In this document: in pieces, positions 54,681-64,000 of the stretch
Layout: the number at the start of each line of letters is the position of its first letter
Position numbering within the stretch: the stretch's first letter is position 1
Source of the DNA: Botryllus schlosseri
Lineage: Eukaryota
Direction: 5' to 3'
Length of the DNA: 64,000 bases
NCBI GenBank assembly: GCA_051294905.1
Contig: CM119372.1
Location: 34,846,001 to 34,910,000, forward strand
Notes under the pieces: model-generated
Told to the model about the DNA's origin: nothing
The model's database searches: none
What the model saw: the letters and a program-made list of their open reading frames with translations, nothing else
Program-made: the position numbers and the translations under genes

Positions 54681-56053
54681 ATTCAAACATGTTATGCACC
54701 ATTGGTTGCTCAATCAATCCTTACCTATTTATAGGAGAGGAACACTCTTTGGCACGAATTATCACGCAGTGAAGCGACCGATTCACGCTGTGGAAATTCA
54801 AGAATAAATATTGTATTACAGACACGCTATCCTGTCGTGTTACAAAAATTACAAAATTGTGCTTAAATTCGGTTCACAAACGATAACCATCGACTCAAAG
54901 GCGATTTCAATTGTGGCGTAGTAACGGTTAACGTTCATAGAAGTGCGAAGGATTTGACAAACGTGAAGAGTTCTATTTTGTATTCGGTAAAATTCCAATG
55001 GCAAGTATTTAAACCCACTCAAGCGACGCAGCTCATATTTTAAAAATAACAACGATCTACAGTGATACCTGATACGCGCTACGATTCGGCGGTACGACGC
55101 ACTCTTCTGTGTACAATGTATCAGCAAAACTTTGAATTCAATACTTCCCAGCAACTCTCCCGGAACGGAGGTCACTAAATGTCGGGGTGCGGCAGGATTG
55201 ATTTGGTCTACAGCACAATATAGTTTTAGATATTTTAGTATCATTATATCGACTTATAGACGCTTATATATGACAGAGACCTGTAGCCTATATATGGTTT
55301 TATGAGCAACTGCGAAACTGGACAACGTCATTGCAATTGCTGACTAGATGAAAGGGCAGACAGAAGTGGTAACTAGCGAAGTACTTCCACTTCTTTGGAT
55401 TACTCAAGTAGTTTTCACCTACTTGCAGTACTTACTCGAATAGCCTAAATCTAGTTTTCCGTTACTTCTAATACTACTTCATCATATTTTGTAACTTACT
55501 TATTTTTCGCTATTTACAAGTATTATACATTCGCAAAAATAGAATGAGACAGAAAAAGACGGATAAATTGTGAGGATGTTTTCGCGGAGAGTGCAGAATT
55601 TCCGTCCGAGATTGGGGTGAAATATATATAGAATCACCAAATATATTTCCCAGAAAGTAACGGCCAATAAAATTTATGCAGCGGTTTTGGGGCTCATGTG
55701 TGCATTGCCAGGCTGGATATAGTCGCCAATATGACAGTTTCATCACAGTAAATAGAGCTCAGCAAATTGTTTTGAATTATGCGATCTAAACAATCTTCAG
55801 CTGCCTTCCCAATCGCGCAAATAAATCATCAATGTACACTGTAAAAAAAAACTCGATTTACCGCGAAATGTTTGGAAGCACGGTAGCCAGACATTTCGTG
55901 GTAATTTAACATTACCGTTAGTCAATGTTAATTTAAGTTACACTCGTCCGGCAATCTCACTTTACACACCTGATTGTAATGTTACAGTCACCTCCAGTAT
56001 ATCCAATCTACATTGTACATTTGCCACTCAGACTGTAATTTTACCGCCTACCT

Positions 56054-57231
56054 CAGGGGTGGGCAAACTACGGCCCGCGGGCAGCATGCGGCCCGCAACA
56101 CCGTTCTGTGCGGCCCGCGAGAGTCTAAAGAAACTTTTTAAAAATATAGATAAAATGCTAGGAATCGAAATAATGCATGAACTTGATTAAACTATTTCTT
56201 AGTATATTTCACCGTGATAATTCTGAGACAGTGGCTCTCAGACTGGGAGGCGTGAAAGCATCAGAAGTGGGGCGCGAACCTTAGCTGAACTGAAAAAAAT
56301 TTTCGCACTCCTCGCGATTTACCAACAATTTCGTGATTATTTCTCTGTATTTACTCTAAATTTCACATTCAAAAATCTCTCATCCATAGTCGTAACCTTC
56401 CATGCCAACAAACTATCCGTTAGGTTTACTAGCAACCTGGTTGCGTTTTTTCATATGGCGAAAAGGGGGCGCGAAATCTTTAGCCATCATACGGGGGGGG
56501 GGGGGGGGGGCGTCTCTTAAAAAGTTTGAGAACCACTGTTCTAAGGTAAATACTTCCTATTTTATATTTTATGTTCAATTATTTGCGCGACAACCCGATC
56601 TCAAGGCCCACACAGTTTCAAAGGTTTCAACTGCTAACATCACAGAAATCCTAAACGAGATTACCATAATTCTGATCACTAGTGGGATTTCAGATTTGCC
56701 ACTCCAGTTTTAATTATTTCAGTGATGTGCTTCTAAAAACGGTTCGCGCGTGTCTTAGGGGTAGATTCGTTCTCTGTATGCGTAGAATTGAGGCATTTAT
56801 ATTTTATCCACGCATAGTAGAAGCGTGTTTGAAGCAAACATATTTATGATTCTGTGAGAAATGTGTGTCCTGGAACTGAACCCAAAGTGAAATTAATAAA
56901 TCTATGAACAGATCGCTGCTCACAGATTTAAATTTCAATCCTGTTCGAAGAATCGGGACAACCGAATTTCATCTCTATAGTTTTGACAAATTGGTTATTG
57001 CGGTTGACCAGCCTATGAAATCTCGCCACTATCTTTCTGACGCGTGTACGATATCATCAAAGCAATGCTTGGTTTGTTTTAAATAAGCACATTTATTATC
57101 TCCATGTCCTCACTATATAATCAAATACCAATATTGTGTTTTGGTTTATAAACGCATTTTATATAGTGCGGCCCGCGAATGGATTCAGATGTTGAATGCG
57201 GCCCGCGACCTGAAAAGTTTGCCCACCCCTG
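56054..57231 (+). mobile_element. hAT (Charlie-like) deletion derivative with a transposase C-terminal remnant and a nested MITE (56229-56538)
   Basis: TIR CAGGGGTGGGCAAACT / AGTTTGCCCACCCCTG; perfect 8-bp TSD GCCTACCT; remnant NKSMNRSLLTDLNF..RIGTT..FDKLV. Confidence 0.88.
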
Positions 57232-57822
57232 GCCTACCTACATACATGCTGTCTGTGTAAATCAGGATTACATACCAGCTTGTGAATTCACGTACATCCC
57301 ATACCTATCGCAAAGCAACCCGATGCTAAAATATCGCAAAAGCTTCTCCACACCCCCAAACGACATTGATACAAACTGTATATTCATTCATGATTCGCGA
57401 TGAGAAGATTATCGATGGAAAAGTATTGCTGCTGGAGGTCTAATTTTTCTTTAGGAGACATGCAGTAACACGAGTGGTCTCCCACCATCGGCCAAACTTC
57501 CAATTGTTTCTTTTTCTCGTCCTCATTCCTTCTGTGTAGCTAGTAAGTCAACACATTACATGCCATCAATCTATGCGTTAGGATTGCCAACATTCTGGTT
57601 ATTCTTGGTAATATCTTTTGATATGACGATAGGGGGCGCGAAATCTTTCACGATCATTAAAGGGGCGAGTTTGAAAACCACTGGATTAAAGCTTATGTTG
57701 TCATACTCGAGTATATCCATCCATAACAACGTATTTCTGTTATACAGACTGCTCAGTGTCCACCTTCTTGTACATATAGTATGATTTAAATCGGACCGAT
57801 ATAGTTTATTACATATTATACT

Positions 57823-57882
57823 TCCATCCATCCATCCATCCATCCGTCCGTCCGTCCGTCCGTCCGTCCGTCCATCCATCCA
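57823..57882. repeat. (TCCA/TCCG)n microsatellite; followed by a 46-bp tandem duplication (57887-57976)
   Basis: Directly visible. Confidence 0.9.
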
Positions 57883-58147
57883 TTTTCCACCGTGTTCCCC
57901 ACCTTTTGGATTTATGGTGTCAATTGGTGAATCCACCGTGTTCCCCACCTTTTGGATTTATGGTGTCAATTGGTGAACTTGATTACCCAGCATCTCTACA
58001 CTCTACATAAGATCTCGAAAAGGAATAGTAACAAACAACCCCTGAATAGTGACAATCATCATTTACACTTCATGACTTCACAGCCGCAGTAGTTATCATT
58101 GGCGGATATCAATTTCTATTTTAAATAGTATATTCATATTGAAATGA

Positions 58148-58181
58148 ACCCGAATATTTTCGGCTGACACTCGTCAGGGGT
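58148..58181 (-). ncRNA. Minimal type I hammerhead ribozyme
   Basis: Reverse complement of 61360-61393. Confidence 0.72.
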
Positions 58182-58282
58182 AATCGTCAGCAACTAGTAG
58201 AGAATTGGAAAGAACATTGTATATCAACAATCGTATCACAAAATATGACGTCACCAGCATGAAATTTCGAATGAGAGAACGT

Positions 58283-59917
58283 TCAATGTACTATTTTTAG
58301 GTGATACACGAACTCCTTTTGTTGACAGAGTTTTGGTTGGTGTATTTTGATAAAAGTTGATTCCAAGGCACACAAATGGAATTGTGAACGACCTCGACCT
58401 ACGATTCGAAATCGGTCGTCTCGATAATTATTCGCACAAATCGGATTATCCAACAGATGTTTGCCGATGGCAGAATTAATGGCCTTTGATCGATCAGCAT
58501 CAATCTTAAGTGGATGAGTTAAGGGTGAGCTTTTCACATCGCGTGACGCACGTGTTCTGATAAATCTGGGGACATGTTGGTTTATGCGGTCCTGCAGACG
58601 TCTTGACGTTCTTCCCACGTAGCCACAATCACAGTGGCACCTATATTCGTACACTACATTACTTTGTTGAAGTGCAGGAAGCACGTCTTTGCGTGTTGAA
58701 GGGAGCAGTTGTGTTGTTGTAAAAATCACATTGGTTTTGACTGTATCGTAACATTTACCGACAGCAGAAATCAATTGTTTTTCAAAGCGGGTGGAAATGG
58801 GGCCAATCCAAGGTAGATGGATATAAACATCTTTTATTGTTCGTGCGGTGGGCTCTGCTCGTTTTTCTGCGTTGAATTGCGTTAATTTCCTCTCCATGCC
58901 GCGGCTGATGACGTGTTCGGGGTAACCGTTATCAAGTAAGATTTTTCGGATGTAGTCAAGTTCTAAACTCAGTTTGTTACCCGAACATATCATCAACGCT
59001 CTATGCACGAGTGTGCCTATGAGGTTAATTTTTCTGCGCCGAGGACTAAATGAATTCCAGCGGAGGTATTGGCCTGTGAATGTCGGTTTTCTGAAAACAG
59101 ACGTTTCAAATTTGTTGGTATTGCGCTTTTCAACTAATACGTCCAGAAATGATAACGAGTTATTGCGTTCTTTTTCTATTGTGAATTGCAAGGCCGGGTG
59201 AAGCGAGTTTAAGCGAATGAGAAATTGGTCACACTCCGATTCATTCCTGAAAATGACAAATGTATCATCTACGTATCGGCGGTACAATAGTGGTTTGGTG
59301 GACTCACGCTGGGACAGAAGCTCGCCCTCGTAATACCCTACGAAAATGTTGGCCAAAATAGGTCCCAGGGGACTACCCATGGCTAAGCCGTCTATTTGGC
59401 GAAACATGACCTCGTTAAAGCTAAATTCCACGCAGCAAGTTGCCGCTTGTAAAAGTTCAACAAAGACGTTACGCGGGATTGATGGTGGCGGTAACTTACC
59501 ACCGTACAGCGCGTTGGCACAAATATCAATAGTCTCATGCAGCGGAACGTTCGTAAAAAGACTAGAGATATCAAATGAGCTCAGAAACACGTCTGGATTC
59601 GGCAAATCCAGGTTTCGTATTTCACCAGCGAACGTGAACGAATCGCGAACACATTCCGTGCCGTACAATTCCCGAACCGGTTCCAAAATGTCAATAAGCC
59701 ATTTTGCCAGCTGATGGTGAGCAGACCCGATCATGGAAAGTATAGGTCTCACTGGGACATTGTCTTTGTGAGTTTTTGGCAGTCCGTACATGCGTGGTCT
59801 TTGCGATCCCGTCGGTCTGATGGCGCTGTATGTTTCTGCCGTTAGGACACCGTTTTTCTTCAATGTCAACAAACGGTTGGTCAGTCGCCTTTCAATTTTA
59901 GGTGTATTATCAAATTC
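58283..59917 (-). CDS. Penelope-like reverse transcriptase + GIY-YIG endonuclease, 5'-truncated, open frame
   Basis: YGLPKTHK..PVRPI, SFDISSLFTNVP, QIDGLAMGSPL, RYVDD, FLDV, VVYEYRCHCDCGYVGRT, LESTFIK. The frame stays open to the inversion junction. Confidence 0.95.
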   Translation of the reverse strand, partial: EFDNTPKIERRLTNRLLTLKKNGVLTAETYSAIRPTGSQRPRMYGLPKTHKDNVPVRPILSMIGSAHHQLAKWLIDILEPVRELYGTECVRDSFTFAGEIRNLDLPNPDVFLSSFDISSLFTNVPLHETIDICANALYGGKLPPPSIPRNVFVELLQAATCCVEFSFNEVMFRQIDGLAMGSPLGPILANIFVGYYEGELLSQRESTKPLLYRRYVDDTFVIFRNESECDQFLIRLNSLHPALQFTIEKERNNSLSFLDVLVEKRNTNKFETSVFRKPTFTGQYLRWNSFSPRRRKINLIGTLVHRALMICSGNKLSLELDYIRKILLDNGYPEHVISRGMERKLTQFNAEKRAEPTARTIKDVYIHLPWIGPISTRFEKQLISAVGKCYDTVKTNVIFTTTQLLPSTRKDVLPALQQSNVVYEYRCHCDCGYVGRTSRRLQDRINQHVPRFIRTRASRDVKSSPLTHPLKIDADRSKAINSAIGKHLLDNPICANNYRDDRFRIVGRGRSQFHLCALESTFIKIHQPKLCQQKEFVYHLKIVH

Positions 59918-61258
59918 GAAATACGAAACCTGGATTTGCCGAATCCAGACGTGTTTCTGAGCTCATTTGATATCTCTAGTCTTTTTACGAACGTTCCGCT
60001 GCATGAGACTATTGATATTTGTGCCAACGCGCTGTACGGTGGTAAGTTACCGCCACCATCAATCCCGCGTAACGTCTTTGTTGAACTTTTACAAGCGGCA
60101 ACTTGCTGCGTGGAATTTAGCTTTAACGAGGTCATGTTTCGCCAAATAGACGGCTTAGCCATGGGTAGTCCCCTGGGACCTATTTTGGCCAACATTTTCG
60201 TAGGGTATTACGAGGGCGAGCTTCTGTCCCAGCGTGAGTCCACCAAACCACTATTGTACCGCCGATACGTAGATGATACATTTGTCATTTTCAGGAATGA
60301 ATCGGAGTGTGACCAATTTCTCATTCGCTTAAACTCGCTTCACCCGGCCTTGCAATTCACAATAGAAAAAGAACGCAATAACTCGTTATCATTTCTGGAC
60401 GTATTAGTTGAAAAGCGCAATACCAACAAATTTGAAACGTCTGTTTTCAGAAAACCGACATTCACAGGCCAATACCTCCGCTGGAATTCATTTAGTCCTC
60501 GGCGCAGAAAAATTAACCTCATAGGCACACTCGTGCATAGAGCGTTGATGATATGTTCGGGTAACAAACTGAGTTTAGAACTTGACTACATCCGAAAAAT
60601 CTTACTTGATAACGGTTACCCCGAACACGTCATCAGCCGCGGCATGGAGAGGAAATTAACGCAATTCAACGCAGAAAAACGAGCAGAGCCCACCGCACGA
60701 ACAATAAAAGATGTTTATATCCATCTACCTTGGATTGGCCCCATTTCCACCCGCTTTGAAAAACAATTGATTTCTGCTGTCGGTAAATGTTACGATACAG
60801 TCAAAACCAATGTGATTTTTACAACAACACAACTGCTCCCTTCAACACGCAAAGACGTGCTTCCTGCACTTCAACAAAGTAATGTAGTGTACGAATATAG
60901 GTGCCACTGTGATTGTGGCTACGTGGGAAGAACGTCAAGACGTCTGCAGGACCGCATAAACCAACATGTCCCCAGATTTATCAGAACACGTGCGTCACGC
61001 GATGTGAAAAGCTCACCCTTAACTCATCCACTTAAGATTGATGCTGATCGATCAAAGGCCATTAATTCTGCCATCGGCAAACATCTGTTGGATAATCCGA
61101 TTTGTGCGAATAATTATCGAGACGACCGATTTCGAATCGTAGGTCGAGGTCGTTCACAATTCCATTTGTGTGCCTTGGAATCAACTTTTATCAAAATACA
61201 CCAACCAAAACTCTGTCAACAAAAGGAGTTCGTGTATCACCTAAAAATAGTACATTGA
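59918..61258 (+). CDS. Penelope-like reverse transcriptase + GIY-YIG endonuclease, 5'-truncated (shorter mirror copy)
   Basis: Translation identical to the corresponding part of the left copy. Confidence 0.95.
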   Translation, partial: EIRNLDLPNPDVFLSSFDISSLFTNVPLHETIDICANALYGGKLPPPSIPRNVFVELLQAATCCVEFSFNEVMFRQIDGLAMGSPLGPILANIFVGYYEGELLSQRESTKPLLYRRYVDDTFVIFRNESECDQFLIRLNSLHPALQFTIEKERNNSLSFLDVLVEKRNTNKFETSVFRKPTFTGQYLRWNSFSPRRRKINLIGTLVHRALMICSGNKLSLELDYIRKILLDNGYPEHVISRGMERKLTQFNAEKRAEPTARTIKDVYIHLPWIGPISTRFEKQLISAVGKCYDTVKTNVIFTTTQLLPSTRKDVLPALQQSNVVYEYRCHCDCGYVGRTSRRLQDRINQHVPRFIRTRASRDVKSSPLTHPLKIDADRSKAINSAIGKHLLDNPICANNYRDDRFRIVGRGRSQFHLCALESTFIKIHQPKLCQQKEFVYHLKIVH

Positions 61259-61359
61259 ACGTTCTCTCATTCGAAATTTCATGCTGGTGACGTCATATTT
61301 TGTGATACGATTGTTGATATACAATGTTCTTTCCAATTCTCTACTAGTTGCTGACGATT

Positions 61360-61393
61360 ACCCCTGACGAGTGTCAGCCGAAAATATTCGGGT
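61360..61393 (+). ncRNA. Minimal type I hammerhead ribozyme in the Penelope terminal repeat
   Basis: Stem I ACCC/GGGT; core CTGACGA; short stem II closed by G-C; GAAA; palindromic AATATT stem III; TC cleavage site at 61388-61389. Confidence 0.75.
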
Positions 61394-62056
61394 TCATTTC
61401 AATATGAATATACTATTTAATTGTATATTGAAGTTCTGTACCTCCAAGAAGCTCTTCAAATTTCTATTTTGTAAATAGCACGGGTCGTTTAGAATTTTTG
61501 AATTTCCCGTAAGCTGGTACCGTAGCAATCATTCATAGTGTCGATTTTTTTTAAGTCGACCTTGGGTAAATATTTTGTGGAAACCGTACCATTGTTATAT
61601 TAGATGTATGAACTTCCTAAGCGCAGTGAATGACGGATTCATTCGCATACACCAAGTCGTAAAAACTGGCAAATCCTATGATCTTCCACAAACACCATAT
61701 TTTCGGAAAGCGGCAATAGCGAAGGAATTAGCCGACAATGGCTCTTGAATGCTGAAAAAATATGCTTAGTTACCATGTTTCGGATGACTTCCTAACTGTG
61801 TTGAAATAAATCTTTTTCTGGGAAATCGATCCGTAGCGGGTACGTCAAAGTTATGGTTATATAGCAATACATGGTTTGCGCAGGCTCGATGACTCGCTGA
61901 GCATCGTCATTGTTTGAGCGCAGCCTCCTATTTGCAATGCCTTATTCATATGGATTATTGCATTGATATTATTCTCCGTGCATCGAAAATTGACATGTCT
62001 CTGACCATAAGCCAAGGAAGGCTTCCAACAAAAAGCAAATATTAGTGACTTATATG

Positions 62057-62446
62057 TAGAGCCCGGCCGATAATGAATTTTTGGGCCGATACCAATAAAA
62101 CCGATATCTAACATCTTCACTTCACCGATAACACCGATATATTCAGCGGTTGTTCAAATAAGATGGAATCTACCTCAGAAGGCCCATTTTCAAATTTTCA
62201 GGGCATTTATTCTAACAGCTTTACATCCATTGTCGTACTTAAACATGAAATAAACTAGAACGGTCGCATCTGGACACCTTGAAAGAGTAAAAGCTGAATG
62301 AAATATAACAATATTCCCAGTCTAGCGGTCAAGCTTTCTGACTTCGGAGCATCATGTTGTGACGTCACAAAAATTGCCGATATTTTTCTCCTCTAATGGC
62401 CGATACCGATAATTCTGTCGAAGAAACGATCATCGGTCGGGCTCTA
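62057..62446. mobile_element. hAT-like MITE with CCGATA subterminal motifs
   Basis: TIR TAGAGCCCGGCCGAT / ATCGGTCGGGCTCTA; TSD CTTATATG / CTTATAAG. Confidence 0.8.
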
Positions 62447-64000
62447 CTTATAAGGCGACTATCACAACTCGAACCTCGTCCGAATTGATTTTTTTCACAT
62501 TACAAAGTCGCTTAGTAGTTTTCGTTTTAATCCTCCAAGCAATGCAGCACCAACCGTGATGGCATTTGATTCGATTTGGCAACTTATTCAATCAAAGAGA
62601 AGAAATGATCCGAATTCTTTCCTTCATTCGCGCGGCGGCTTAGCATACTTACAAAACAATATTTATTTTAGAATTGCCACAATGAAAATCAGTCAATTGT
62701 TAATATCTAGTCTAGTTCATTTTTTCGGTGTCCAAGTTGTTTCCTTAATTCAGTGTGAAGGCAGTCGGCAATCCTTTGATCAGTTTAGCGTGACACTGCT
62801 GCGGTTGAAGAACTAGTCGTATATCATCAAAGTTTAATCTAAGCTTGCCATGTGAGCATATCCCAATATCAGTTTCACCAATAGCGATACAATCGAAATA
62901 CACTATTCAAAAGTTTGAATACAAGCATAGTACAGGACTTGTCATTCTTTTTCTACGACCTAGTGGTGCCCATTGGTGAGCAGAAATATGGTGGAGCAGT
63001 AATTTTCTCAAGCATGCTTGCACTTGCACATCTAAGATCAAAGATCGACGACAGGGGCCGGCAACTTTTTGTGTGCAGCGTGCCAAAATGTCAAAAAATA
63101 TCAATATTTTACCAGCTTGCGTGCCAAACATTCAATTTATTAATATTTAACGTTTCAAGCAAAGAATAGCACCAACCGTTGCTCTGAAGCTGGCAACGGC
63201 ATCCGTCATGCCAGTGATTCTTGATTGGTCGCGAAGGGAATAAATTTTGATCGCTACCGCACCTGACCTAACGCTTACATGTACGTGATAATTACATGAT
63301 TTATTTTCAGTCGCGCAATGGGGCAATGATCGATCTTCTGTGGTTGATTTGGTCGTTTCCAAGTCCACTGTGTTCGGTACCATATATAATAAGTGACAGG
63401 TCAATCAGTGTTGTTACGATGATCTGATCTGATGACGAGGAAAATGTGCCGTCCACCCCTGTATCATTCAAGTCGGTTCGGTGTCACCGCATTAAGTCAC
63501 ATTCAAATCGGTTTGGTGTAGGTCTGACACTACATTGGTATGCAAAGGTCGCGGTGAAGCGGTAAAGATTGCCGGTGCTCCAGATACAATGGAATCGCTT
63601 GCACACCAGACGAAACTAAAACAATAGCTCCTTCCGGGAGACTTCCGCTGGACTATATTTGGCGCTGGTCACTTCGGCGCCATGACAGTGGACATATCAA
63701 TGTCGAACGTTTTGGCCAGCATGTGGCGGTTATTTTGTTTCAAGGTGTTATCGCCGTAAATTATTTTACCAACTTATACAACGCATGAGAGTCGCATGGT
63801 CGCATGTTGTCCGAAACTTTATGTCTAGGCCGTGTCTTCTCTGACGTAAAAATGCCTAGCGCCGGAGTGCCGGTTCATAAGTTGCGCTCCCGTAGGACTC
63901 CTAGACCAAAGCATCCACACGGTTTCAAACGATATTCGATTGACGTTCTTTCATAACTGCTAATACTGTTGACTCAATTCTGTACATTATGCATAGTTTT

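Larger units (their letters stand above)
58121..61460. mobile_element. Penelope-like retroelement insertion made of two divergent 5'-truncated copies (inverted repeat) with a 3' tail
   Basis: 58121-59623 is the reverse complement of 59918-61420. Unpaired 3' tail at 61421-61460; flanking duplication AATTTCTATTTT at 58111-58122 and 61459-61470. Confidence 0.92.

Noticed and set aside
55837..56053. CACTGTAAAAA start of a CACTA-type element
   Set aside because: No matching right end found in the window.
63480..63960. GC-richer stretch that might be coding
   Set aside because: No long ORF or recognisable motif in any frame.

Overview
Eukaryotic, animal-type DNA (GT-AG introns, no operons) that is almost entirely transposable-element derived. 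The dominant structure is a family of giant palindromic (fold-back) elements with Polinton/Maverick hallmarks: 5'-AGTAGT termini, a 6-bp target-site duplication (TSD), subterminal tandem repeats and an adenain-like cysteine protease. I could not recognise pPolB, integrase, ATPase or capsid genes in them. Copy 1 runs from before base 1 to 10668. Copy 2 is complete at 16523-30933 (two ~6.8-kb arms, 820-bp spacer, AACAAC TSD). Copy 3 is a solo arm at 34708-40888. Copy 2 splits the THAP domain of a P-element-like transposon (13023-32099), which itself splits a large low-complexity host exon. The right part of the window holds a CACTA/EnSpm-like element, a decayed ISL2EU/PIF-type element, several hAT MITEs, a tRNA-derived SINE and three Penelope-like retroelement insertions with inverted arms. 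Two of the Penelope insertions carry minimal hammerhead ribozymes. All calls are by eye; no searches were run.
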